Part shown: positions 52,396-64,000 of the stretch, one piece after another | Layout: each line of letters begins with the position of its first letter | Numbering within the stretch: the stretch's first letter is position 1 | Assembly (NCBI RefSeq): GCF_006345805.1 | Contig: NC_043005.1 | Location: forward strand, 107,322,001-107,386,000 | Length of the DNA stretch: 64,000 nt | DNA from: Octopus sinensis | Taxonomy: Eukaryota | Reading direction: 5' to 3' | Made by a program: the position numbers and the translations under genes | Notes under the pieces: model-generated | Told to the model about the DNA's origin: nothing | The model's input: the letters and a program-made list of their open reading frames with translations, nothing else | Database searches by the model: none

Positions 52396-53485
52396 TGTGA
52401 AAATAATAAGGGTAGAAATTTAGAGATATTTTTTTACCGATGGCCAGCATACGTAATAAAGTCAATAGACAACATATTTTTCATATAAAATAGTGAATGC
52501 ATGTCTACACAAAAGAGGTGACCTTTAACAAGACACCTTACACGAGAGAGAGAGGGCAGTTAAAGCGTAAACTACGAATAAGAGTAATTTCAAAGGGAAT
52601 GAAAAGTAGAATATTTATGACTTCCCCAAATTTTTACCCTTTTGATTTTCACTGTAAAATGTTTGTAATTTAGAAGTCCTTTGGTACGCAGTTTGAATGT
52701 TTTATTATTATTTGCTGCCGAATGTAACTGCGCTTGCGCGGTTGATTTGAAAAATTATAATATATAAGTATGTAGTACGTGTATTTTCTCTTCCTGCTAA
52801 AAGATGCCTTAATTTTAGCGCCCTTACTGAAGAAGCGTGGATGACAAATTAATTTGTTTGCTCATTGATGTAGAAACTCGAGTCTAAGGTTAACTATGAA
52901 AATATTTTATTTTTGATTCCCTTTGAAATTACTCTTATTCATGGTTTGGGCTTTAAGTGCCCTCTCTAACATGTAAAGTGTCCTGTTAAACGTCATCTCT
53001 TTTGTGTATAAATGCGTACACTATTTTATATGAAAAATATGTTGTCTATTGATTTTATTACGCATGCTGGCCGCCGGTAGGAAAATTTCTCTAAATTTTC
53101 TACCCTTATTAGTTTCACACTAATATTTTCGTAATTTCGAAGCCTTTTCGTACGCAGTTTTATTGTTTTATTATCATTTGCTGCTGAATGTAACTGGACT
53201 TGCGCGTTGAATTCGGAAAATTATAATGTACAAGTATGTAACACATGTATTTTGCATTGCTCCATATAAATATGCATTCATTTTACTGAAAAACCACGGA
53301 TGACAAATTAATTTGTTTGCACATTGATGTAGAAAATCGAGTCTAAGGTTAACTATGTTTTATTCGTCATTCCCTCTGAAATTACTCTTATTCGTGGTTT
53401 GGTTTTTAACTGCCCTCTCTAGCATGTAAGTTGTCCTGTTAAAGCTCACCTCTTTTGTTTATAGATGCAAACACTATTTTATATA
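52396..53485. mobile_element. Fold-back element (~220-bp inverted arms, 52396-53119) with a partial tandem second copy
   Basis: 52396-52618 is the diverged reverse complement of 52900-53119. 52665-53030 recurs diverged at 53131-53485 (offset about 466). Confidence 0.8.
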
Positions 53486-55307
53486 TGTGTGTGTGTGTGT
53501 TTGTACCTGTGATGATAGATAAATAGATAGACATAGATGCAAGCAAACATACAAATAAACATATGGACGACGAGAGAGGAAGAGAGATTTTTTATGCGTT
53601 CAGTTTGCTTTGACAATTCAGAACCGATTTCGACCAGAGGCACATATTTATAGATTGCTGTAATCGACTTGTGGAGTGTTATGACTTTTGGACTACACTA
53701 CATAGTAATATACCTCAAATTAGTACCTACTTATAACTAAGAAGACTAGGTTGGTCACGAGTCAATGACGGTGCTCACAGAAATAAATGATATAGTAACC
53801 AAGGCTCACTCAATTCTCAACTTGCCATCTCTGAATGGCCACAGAGATGCCAAATACTGTAATTTTGAATACCCAGAACATAGTGATTACGATTGAATAT
53901 TTTTGACCAAGTATCGGATTAATCAGACTAACCAGTGGCTACAACAACATCAACAACAATCTCGACAACAACAACGCAAATAGCTTACCCGCTAAGAAAT
54001 CAGGACATTTGCTATGAAGAGGAGAAAGTGTTAGTGATACAGCAGTATCCCACTGTGCGTCGAGTATCCAGTCAAATCGATGATTTTCATTCTCACTTAT
54101 AAATGCGATTTGTTTAACCAGCAGAATGACTGTTTATGAAGAGTAAAGAGATAAAAAAAGTATACGTTTGTTAAATTCACACAGCTTATAGATGTGGCCA
54201 GCTGAAGTCATGCCTAGCTTAATAGCATTAGAAAAGCGTATTAGTTGTACACACACTGATTAGCACACACATACACAGACACACACGCATACACACACAC
54301 GCGCATACACACACATACCTACATATATATATAAGCAGCCATAAATATTCAATGATCACATCGGCTATATCCTAATGTTAAGGGGTTGGCATTAGAGAAA
54401 CAAATATAGCAATTTGCTTATTTCTTTTTGAATAAACACATTTACAGGTATTTCTGAATGTTGATAACCGATTAGATAAAAAAAAAAGTGCGTTGCTGTA
54501 GAAAGTGCTTTTAAAATAAGTAATAATCTGAGTAAAATATTTATGAATTTTGATCACGAATCTTCCATTTATATTCTTTGTATTTGGTAAAGTTAATGTT
54601 GTATGAGATAAAGAAGAGTTATGGATTTTGTGTCTTGCATTTCTTTGCGTTAAGTCTCATCCAATTATGTTTTCAAACGCCGCAAGACTTGCTTATACTT
54701 TCATCTCTCTGAGATTGGTAAAATACAAGTTAATAAAATTCCTTCCTGTAACATTATGTTCGTAATTCATAGAAATACTCAGAGTTCCACCTTAGCCACA
54801 TTGTCTAAACCTACTAGCGTTAAGTCACAAGAATACTTTATTTTTTTCTCCTTTTTACTGTAGAGATAACAAAGCCCGAGACTTTTCCGGGCAGGGTGCT
54901 AGTCCACCCTAGTGTTCAACAGGAACTTCTTTAATCGACCTTGTTTGGATAAAAAGCAATATTGACTCCTACAGTATTTAAACTTAGAATGTAAAAGCAG
55001 ATGAAATAACGCCTGGCATTTTGTCCATCGCGCTGACAATTCAGTCCGCTCACCGTTTTTAAAGATAGCGAACAATGGCTGCGATTTTATAAAACAAATC
55101 CCCAAGACATTTTTCTCGGACTCGTTTGTTTTTCTTGAGGCACAGTGCGAGTAGAATTCTTGTCTCGAACTGCCCCTTGCTCCACTTGAGGCATACGCAC
55201 CCTTACCCTATTTAAGTTAATAGACATTCTATTATAGTGGTATAGTGGTAATAAAGAAATCGAATCCCTGTAAACGCAGTTAGACATCACGAGCAAATCA
55301 TCATAGA

Positions 55308-55328
55308 GTCACGTGACCGACCAATCAG
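55308..55328. promoter_or_regulatory. Candidate E-box (GTCACGTGAC) and CCAAT module
   Basis: GTCACGTGAC at 55308-55317 and CCAATCAG from 55321, in a CpG-richer unique region; donor-like GTAAGT at 55586. Confidence 0.35.
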
Positions 55329-56558
55329 CATGAAGCGATGGCCTGGACAGGTTTTCTTGAACATTCTAGAAATTGACTTTCTGTCCCAAATAAAAACCGT
55401 TCGGCGCGCATTTTTACGACCCAGACAACTAAGAAAAATGGCTAAGGCAGGTGATTCTGATACATGACAGGAACCATCCCTGTCGTCACGAATATATCAC
55501 AACTGTTTCCATTTGTGCTTTGTAATCTGTCTGTGGCTGTGTCAATAGTTTGCCGCTGACTCCAAGCAGAATTATCTCGCAGTTTGTAAGTATTGCTGCT
55601 TTATCCGTAAATGGCAATGACCTTTTACAGATAAAACAGTTTGTCTTTATGTGCGATAATAAAACATATTTTCAAATGCTTGAGGGTGTTGTTCAGTTAA
55701 TTCTATACGCAAACTAAGAAACATATTTTTATTCATTAAGTCAACCAGTCACTGCCACGGATCAGCCGCATAACCTACAGACTTCAACTTTCTAGACACA
55801 AAATACGCGAAAATTCTCTTCTGGACATGACTTTTTTCACCACGCACATATCATTGCCAAATACAAACGCTTCTCCCACGTCAACGAGAGAACTCTGTCT
55901 CATTGAATAACAAACTAGAAATATCACGGCACAATGTGGACCTAGACCCAATTATACTTAGGTCAGGTTTTCCTTATTTTCAACAAATGCATCTTTATGT
56001 TTTTCTATAAAAATGGCAACCTCTCTCCCCTTGTGAATTTCTGACTTTTTCTCTGTAAATCAGTCAAGGAAACAATAAGGATATTTTAAATCGGTCATTC
56101 TTGAGATCAATTCTAGAAGTCCAAGTGTCAATTTATATCACAAACGATTAATTCGGTTTATTTCCGTCATATTTTCGACTTCCTTTCAGCAAGATTAAAT
56201 CGCCTTTGTAATCAATAGAAACCGGTAGCATATTTTGATAAATAAGTATAAACAATTTCTTCTTCATTCTTGATAAATTTGTCGAGGCATAGAATGGGGT
56301 TTTTAATATCAATACACTCATATAAAATCTAAAAACCATTTAAACCTTTCACTATATATATATATATCGGTTAGGTATGTCGAAACCTGTAACTCGATGT
56401 GCAACTTAATATACGTTTTTGTCTGTATGAAGTGTTAGCTGGGTATAAGATATGACAAAGGAGTAAATGATTATCTTAAGAACTTCTTATACTTTTCATC
56501 ATGTTCAAACGCATGCGGACGTTCGTGCATAGTTCTGCATATATATTTTACTATGACA

Positions 56559-56630
56559 ATCACACTGATGAGTTGCGGACATCTACGTAAGTAACTACAT
56601 AAGTGGTAGCAACGAAACCAGGACTGTGAT
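56559..56630 (+). ncRNA. Type I hammerhead with one lesion at the cleavage triplet
   Basis: ATCACA-CTGATGA-GTTGC-(32 nt)-GCAAC-GAAAC-CAG-GAC-TGTGAT. Perfect stems I (6 bp) and II (5 bp); GAC instead of GTC. Confidence 0.8.
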
Positions 56631-56894
56631 TAATCTGTATATTTTGTATCTTTGTATTTGTCTGACTCGCTCACGTTCTAATGTTTGCTAAATTTTCTTA
56701 AGAAGATTCCTTTCTTAGTGGTAAGACCATAGACTTCTAGTATATGGATGTCCACTTAGTGGTCATCCCTCTTATATGTATGTAACGTAATTTTTCTGAC
56801 TCTTCAGATTTTTCAATATGCTTGACCGCTGGTTTAAATTGATATTAATCAAATAAATATTAAATTTTTCACCCTCAGTATCTTAAATTTATAT

Positions 56895-57000
56895 ATACTC
56901 ATTTACTTGTTTCAGTCATTTGACTGTGGATATGCTGGAACATCACTGTTAGTCGAACAAATCAACCCACAGACTTATTCTTTGTAAGCCTAGTACTTAT
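56895..57000 (-). mobile_element. CORE/OR2-like SINE 3' fragment
   Basis: TTACTTGTTTCAGTCATTTGACTG...GACTTATTCTTTGTAAGCCTAGTACTTAT matches the reverse complement of the 22909-23320 tail. Confidence 0.75.
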
Positions 57001-57137
57001 ACACACACACACACATATAAATATATATACATATATATCACAATATATATATATTTATATATACATATACATACATATATTTATGTATATGTAAATATAT
57101 ATATATATAATATAATATAATATATATATATATATAT

Positions 57138-57256
57138 CACGTGATCACGTGACCGACCAGACCATCAGATGTTGTTACACATCGCTGGTCACAATGCGTT
57201 CGCATTGTTTTAGCCTTTGAATGACGCCACCCCGCTGGCTAAGCGAGCAGGACAAC
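57138..57256. repeat. Short retroposon-tail-like fragment in (TA)n
   Basis: CACGTGATCACGTGACCGACCAGACC...GCTGGCTAAGCGAGCAGG. Family assignment is from memory only. Confidence 0.45.
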
Positions 57257-57266
57257 ATATATATAT

Positions 57267-57766
57267 AACTTATAAATAAGGGCAAACGAAAAAATTTTCT
57301 AATGCCAAATATGCCGAAAATTTGGACATATTGTCCATTACCATATAATTTATCACAATACGCACGCTACTCGAAAAAAACCGACAGAAATTTCTAAAAA
57401 ATTCCATTATTACCATATCGGACCGATTTCAGGATTAGTTCGTAAGAACCCTCCCTTCGTCAGTGATAAATGTGGTAAAGAAATAAATGAAATACTTACT
57501 CATACCCATGGAAGAAGCAAAACACTAAGTCATGAGCACCACTAAGTACCCCAAATACATCCAAAAGAGAAATACTCCAGCCCATTCAAGACACGTGCGA
57601 TTTGAACTGAGGCTCTCAAAGAGTGAGAGAGTCCGGAAGTGAACACTTAAATATATATTTAATGTAGGATAAAATTTTTTTCCAAATAAAATTATATCAA
57701 TGGCCAGCATATTAAAAAATACCTTTAACGGTTAAAATTATAAACAACTTATAAATAAGGGCAAAC
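57267..57766 (-). mobile_element. ~480-bp HHR-containing unit with 21-bp terminal direct repeat (retrozyme/pLTR-like)
   Basis: AACTTATAAATAAGGGCAAAC at 57267-57287 and 57746-57766; hammerhead on the minus strand at 57416-57468; (TA)n on both sides. Confidence 0.75.
57416..57468 (-). ncRNA. Type I hammerhead
   Basis: Minus strand: TATCA-CTGACGA-A-GGGA-GGGTTCTTACGAACTAA-TCCT-GAAAT-CG-GTC-CGATA. Intact core and GUC triplet; wobbles in stems II and III, one mismatch in stem I. Confidence 0.75.
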
Positions 57767-59508
57767 AAATATATATATATATAAGCATAAATATTTAGGA
57801 ATATCTCGTATCGTCTTCCGCGTAAAAGTTTTTTCAGTTTAAATGTTTGCTTAATATCAATAGATGGAAATACAAAATTCAGATAAAGATTATTGTGATT
57901 TTGGTGACGATGACAACAATAACTACGATGACGGCTGTACGTTGCTGATGATGCTTTCAAAGCGAATGATCAGTATCATCAGGACAATGTTCACGTTAGC
58001 ATTAAACACATTTCTATCGCCATTGTTTACTACTTCATCTCACCCCGCTCAACGTTCCTACTTCCCGACCAACGAAAAGATAAAAATAAAGACACAATGA
58101 AATGGAACAAAACTGATGCGTAGCGTTTCTTTTGTGAGGTCTGTTTGTCGATAATATCTTCTAACATTTAAGGACAATTTAGTAAGGGCTTTTTTTTGTT
58201 TCTTTTATGTGTCGCATGTATAAATACATACAAACACATACATACATACATACATACATACATACATACATACATACATACATACATACATGCATACATA
58301 CATACATAAATACATACACATACATACAAGCATATAATGCACAAATACATACATACATACATATATACACACATACATACATACATACATTCATACATAC
58401 ATGCATACAAGCAGATACATACACAAATACATACATACATACATACATATACATACATGTACACTTACGTTATTATGTGAATGTTTGAATGTTTGAATGT
58501 TTGTGGTTTTTATATGTAGGTATACATATATACATACATATGTATATGTGTGGGTGTGTGTTTGTCTGTGTGTATGAGTGTGCTTGTATACAATCATACA
58601 TCCACACGTTCATACGTACACACACAGGCACAGACAGACAGGCACACAAATACACACCCACACACACATACAATACGTGAGTCTACGTGTTGATGTGTTT
58701 AAGATATTTATGTACATAGTCATGAAATATATATTTATAAGAATTTACACGTACATACAAACATGCATACCTACGCATATAAATCCAAATATATTCAAAT
58801 TTGTGTGTCTTCTGGTGGACGTATATGCTAATATATATGTATTCTATATGCTTTTTTTTTCACGCTATTTCTTTGCGTTAGAGAATGAGGGAAAGAAAGT
58901 ACCAGGGAACAAAAGAGAAGAGAGAAATATATAGTGTAATAGACAAAGAAGCATTTAAAGAAACAGAGCTGAGTTGCTTGTTAGAGAGAATTAGAAGAGC
59001 GAGAGAGAGAGAAGAGAGGGAGGGTGAAAGAAAGAGAAAGAGAGTGATGACTATTCGAAATTCTTGTTGATATTTCTTGGATGGAACAAAAAAGTTGGAG
59101 AACAAAAATGTTGTTGTTTATGCCATTTCTTGCTTTTCTTGTTCTCGTTGTTGTTATCGTATTATTCATACTTTGTTTTGCTAACGATAATGTTGTCAAC
59201 ATTATCGTTCTCCCATGTTGTTATTATTAGTGTTGTTATTAAACTTCTTTTTTTAATTATTTTTGCTTAATTACTTTCACTACTGTGGTAGTTACAACCG
59301 AAACCAATGTGATGTTATTTTTTTCTTCCCGATGGTTACACAAGAATGAAAAGAAACAGAAATTCAACAACGAAACAATAAAATATGAGTATACACACAT
59401 ATGAATGTACATGCGTGTGTATGTTTGTGTATATACATACATCCATACATATATGCATATATATACATCTTTACATATATATATATATCTACATATATAT
59501 ATGTATGT

Positions 59509-59570
<62 letters not shown>

Positions 59571-62129
59571 ATGTATATATGTGTGTATGTATGTATATAT
59601 GTGTGTATGTATGTATATATGTGTGTGTTTACGTACATCATAGATACATATGAATACAGGGAGGTGAAGAAGGAGAGGGAAGGGGAGAGAAATACACGAA
59701 CATATGAATATATGTATGTATGAAGAATAAAGAGAAAGGTATGCTAGACAAAACACATAGAAAAGAAAATTAGTATAAAATGACGCGAAGAAATAATAAA
59801 AAAATAATTAATTAATAAGAAAATACATAAACAACAAGTCTATGAAAACAGGCTATAAATATTCATTAATAGTAATCATTATATTCATCCATAACCAGTT
59901 TATCTGGGCAAAAACTGGTTTCACTAAATAATATTTTTCTGATTGCTACGATGTATATATATGCAGTTAAAGTATATACATTCATATATGTATATATATA
60001 TACTGACAAACACACACATTACAAAAATATATGTCATACATATACATATAAACATACATATACATATATGTATATATAGAGAGAGGGAGAGGGACAGAAA
60101 GAGAGAGAGAGATACATATATATACATACTTATACATACATATGTATAAATAAGCTTAAGTATACATGCAAGTACACACATACATACACACATATATAAA
60201 TTGGAAAATGCGTGTACATTAACAAATACACATGTGTGCGCACATAAGTGCATAGGCATTTGTTTGTGAATGTACATGGATGCAAATATGCGTATATATA
60301 AATTAATAAATAAATAAATATATATACACACACATATATATATATGTACATATATATATACATTTATATATGTGTGTTTGTGACATCTATGATATCTCTG
60401 GAGGTGCATGTGTCTGTGCGTCTTATATTATATGATGGTTATATACGAATACATACATGGAAACATACATAAATACATAAATACATACGTACATTCAAAG
60501 AAACATACATACACATACATATGCAGTTGTGTGTGTATATGTATGTACGTATGTTTTGCTTTCTATACAGAGTGAAATCTTATTGTGATACTCAAAGATG
60601 TTCCAGTGCTTCTGTCACCCCCCACCCACCCACCACTATGACTGACCAATATCTTCATTTTACTTTTGCAGCCATTTTCTTCGTGTTTTTAACCTTATTT
60701 TTTTCTCCTCTGCAAAATCTTTACCACCACCACCACCACCGCAATCAAAACCATTATCGTCCTCATCGTTGCAATGCCATCATTATCATCGTCGTGGTAA
60801 ACGTCGTCGACATTCACTTCCCCCTCCCATTTTTCCCTTCGTGAACCCCACCATGATCATCAATATGCACCTCTTCCTTAACTTCCTCATCAACTCCAAA
60901 CATCACCACCACCACACCACCACCACCTTCACCGCCGCCGCTTTTCCTCTTTATTACTTTAATTCCACTTTTACTCCTCTTCCCCCCACCACACCTCACC
61001 CATCCTCTTTGGCCCTTCTTCCTCATCATTACCATTATGTTTATGTTACGTTCCCATTGATATAATTGATATCACCAATACATAACAATCTTTGATACAT
61101 TGCCGATGTTCTTGTTCTTGTTCTTGTTCTTCTTGTCTATCATTGCTTCGCTTCGTTTTTGTCTTTGCTGTTTTCATCGTAGCTGGTTTATGTTTTACCA
61201 TTTTTCTTCTTCTTCTTCTTGTATGACTTTCTTATTATCTACCGAAACACCCCCACTTCTTCACTTAAAAAAATAAGAAACTTCTTGCTATTCACTGCAT
61301 TTCTAGATTTTGTTATTGTTCTATTTGTCATGCTTATTGTTGCCGCAGTTTTCGTAACTGTTGTTTTCTTAAACCATTGTTATCAATTTTCTACCACCAT
61401 AGACACGCCGCACAAACGCTCGCCTATCATAGATATACACACACAGACATGGACTCGTACATAAATACTTGAATACAACCAGTTATACACACATACGTAT
61501 ACACATACATGTACATGAATAATAGACACTCGCACACAAATATACTTCCGTGCATACACACGTTAATATACTCACATATAAATCCTTATTGAAGAAACAT
61601 AAAAGCTGAGATGGCACTTTAAGCGGAGCGGTTGCAAATTGCTTTACATTATTTAGATACGTCGCTTTCATATATAAGTTCAAATCCTATTGAGATCCAC
61701 CTTGTCTATTACTCTTGATTTTTCAAAACTAAGCTATTAAAACATCGCAGGATTCGATTAAAATGATAACTTCTTTCACATTTTCATCGTGTGTGTGTCC
61801 ATTTGTATAAGCTATATATCATTATAGAAACATGCAGACATTTTGTAGAACAAAAGACTGCATCAACCAATAATAATATGTCAAATGTTCAGTGTTCAAA
61901 ATCACAATGGTGACCCGTCGTTGCTTTTCATAGCTTCAACCTGGTTATTACTGCATAGCCTACAACAATATTGCGCGAGCAACCCTACAACCATATATTT
62001 TCCATCCATGCCCATTCCATCTTATAGTATATCCTGTACTGTATATGCCATTGTCTCCATCTTTTTTAAAGAGGTAATGTGTGTTTTACGTGAGATATTT
62101 CTATCAATTTTAACAAGTTGGGCGACAAT

Positions 62130-62684
62130 GTAATGCATTTTCGTTACTCTCTATTAGATTAGACTCAAGAAGTTTGTGAGGAACCCATTGACCCATTTTG
62201 ATGACTGTTCTGACGACACACGAGTGTGTTGAATCACTAAATCCAAGCTTCTTTTCTAGTTCCTCAACGATTTCGATGGGATTTTGTTCCACCACAGTTT
62301 GTAGGACGTCCTCGTCGAGCTCTACAGGCTCGTCTTCTAGGCTGTAGTTTCCGGCATGGAATTTCTGGAACCCCTCTTGCACTAGCATACACTTACTTTC
62401 CAAACCCCATATAGTGCATTAAAATTCTTCGCACTTTCCGTTGCGTTGCTGCCTTTACTGAGTTTATAAAACAAAAAATGCTGAATATACTCCTTTGTCA
62501 CTTCCATTTTAATAAAATAGCTATTTAATTAAATTACACTCTTCAAAACCTGCACTAAGAATAAGTAGAAAGTAAAATTACTAGTGCTCTAATAGCAAGT
62601 TGATGCAGGTAGTTTATCTCGACCCACTACTACTTTTAGTCCATGCAATTCAAAAATCCACAGTAATTATAAAATGACCCAATA
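62130..62684 (-). mobile_element. Mariner (Tc1/mariner) relic: TIR-like end and transposase N-terminus
   Basis: TATTGGGTCA...terminus at 62684. From the ATG at 62507: MEVTKEYIQHFLFY...NATESAKN...FQKFHAGNYSLEDEP..ELDEDVL...LGFS.ST...MGQWVPHKL (WVPHEL-like motif), with stops and frameshifts. Confidence 0.88.
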
Positions 62685-62697
62685 TATGCGTGTGTCA

Positions 62698-62944
62698 TTC
62701 CGAAAAGCTCTATCTACGACGATTTCATCTCTATCGAAGGAGAGGGGCTTTCTCCGTCCGGGTGGCGAACTCGTGGAATAAGTTGCCGGACGAGATAGTG
62801 AAGATGCCAACGACCGCTCGGTTCAAAGTCTCTTGACCAGATATGGCTTGAACTCTTTGTATGACCACCCTCCCTGTACATAACTCCCTGTCCCCCTACA
62901 TGGCCTTGCTTTTGCTTTTTGAGTCAATAAAAATTGAATTGAAT
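62698..62944 (+). mobile_element. CR1/L2-group LINE 3' end
   Basis: Translates as RRRGAFSVRVANSWNKLPDEIVKMPTTARFKVS/LDQIW, the typical CR1 C-terminus; followed by a short UTR and an (AATTG)n tail. Confidence 0.82.
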
Positions 62945-63244
62945 ATATAGGTGTACGCGCTCGTAAGCAGAGGCATAACCCCACTTACATAAACATACAC
63001 ATATACGTGTGTGTGTGAGTTGGGAGTGCGCGTGTGTAAAAGCTCATAACAATGCTTGAATAAGAGTATTTCATAACTGTAGTCCGATTTCGCTAATTGC
63101 TTTAACGTACTCGGAGCAAACACATAAATCGTCTTATTCTGCCGAGTTTTTTTCGGCGGAGTGTGTAAAATGCGACTTCTAGAAGAAGGATATGGTAAGA
63201 CTGGTTGTGAGCTAGTGCTATTTTTATTTCAGTAAAAAATAACT

Positions 63245-63345
63245 AAACGCGGTGGACTATAGTGAGATTTGAACTTAGAGCATAGTACACCAGAAAAATT
63301 ATCGGAACGCATTTCCGACTACCGTCTCTGCCAATCGACCGCCTA
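63245..63345 (-). mobile_element. Old AAGGCGG-family SINE head
   Basis: Reverse complement AGGCGGTCGATTGGCAGAGACGG...CTCTAAGTTCAAATCTC. Confidence 0.5.
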
Positions 63346-64000
63346 TTTTGAACAGATGTATGCATGAGTGAAAATATATGTTTGTAAGCCTATACATACG
63401 TACAGCTGTTCAGATGTACATAGACACCCATAAATATATCTACATAAGCATATAAACGGATATATGTGTGTATGTGTGTGTGTGTCTGTGTGTCTGTGTA
63501 TACACATAGATAATTTCTGTCATTATCTCATCATATTTACCACAATCACCGCATTCAAATCGAAACTTTAAATCAATATAGATTAAATCTAATGACATAA
63601 ATGAATATCTACTCAGAAAATAATTTGTAAAAATAGAAAAATAAACGAAAGGAAAATAATGTTATAAATAAAATAAGGAAAAATAAAACTGTGCTCTTTC
63701 ATATAGTTTCAATAAATACAAGCAAAATAAAACAAGCTTCTACTATACATTATTATAGTATATTTATATAATTTAGGAAATGTCTTCAGGTAAATCAATT
63801 AAAACTGCCATCAAATTAAACAAAAGAGTTTTATTAATTTCTTATAAAATTATTTTTTGATTGGTAGAGTAGTTATTTATTTGATTAATTTTGTTCCAAT
63901 TTTTGTCCTACCATTTAACTTTTAATTAAATATTCATTTTTGCTTAGACGAAGTCTGTCAGTAATGATTTGTTCAAATAAATTGTCATTACAGGAATCAA

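Noticed and set aside
63134-63185. Hairpin CTGCCGA-GTTTTTT-TCGGCGG followed by CTAG (terminator or Helitron end)
   Set aside because: Rho-independent terminators are irrelevant here; the spacing and the base after CTAG do not fit a Helitron 3' end, and no 5' end was found.

Overview
This is AT-rich, microsatellite-saturated eukaryotic DNA, not prokaryotic. The SINE repertoire, (TA)n/(TAA)n/(CAT)n density and LINE types point to a cephalopod, probably Octopus (inference, no database search). I could not confidently identify any host protein-coding exon, and most ORFs in the supplied track are translations of simple repeats. The window is a retroelement landscape. It holds three Penelope-like elements (PLEs): a near-complete RT+GIY-YIG copy at ~15.5-17.9 kb (-) and two GIY-YIG 3' fragments at 4.7-5.8 kb and 51.3-52.4 kb. 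It also holds an R4/Dong-clade RLE LINE inside a (TAA)n tract with a 30-codon GAA expansion, L1/Tx1, CR1 and mariner relics, many tRNA-derived SINEs and several fold-back/MITE-like elements. The most interesting hidden layer is a set of eight type I hammerhead-ribozyme (HHR) motifs, all in PLE 3' ends or in short units embedded in (TA)n tracts. Two related PLEs carry non-canonical cores that keep the 3-8 Watson-Crick pair as U3-A8 and A3-U8. One ~270-nt rod-like hairpin carries an HHR on each strand, and one ~480-bp HHR unit has terminal redundancy (retrozyme-like). A SINE also appears to insert site-specifically into the head of its own family. All coordinates were read by eye, so element boundaries are approximate and no activity has been demonstrated.
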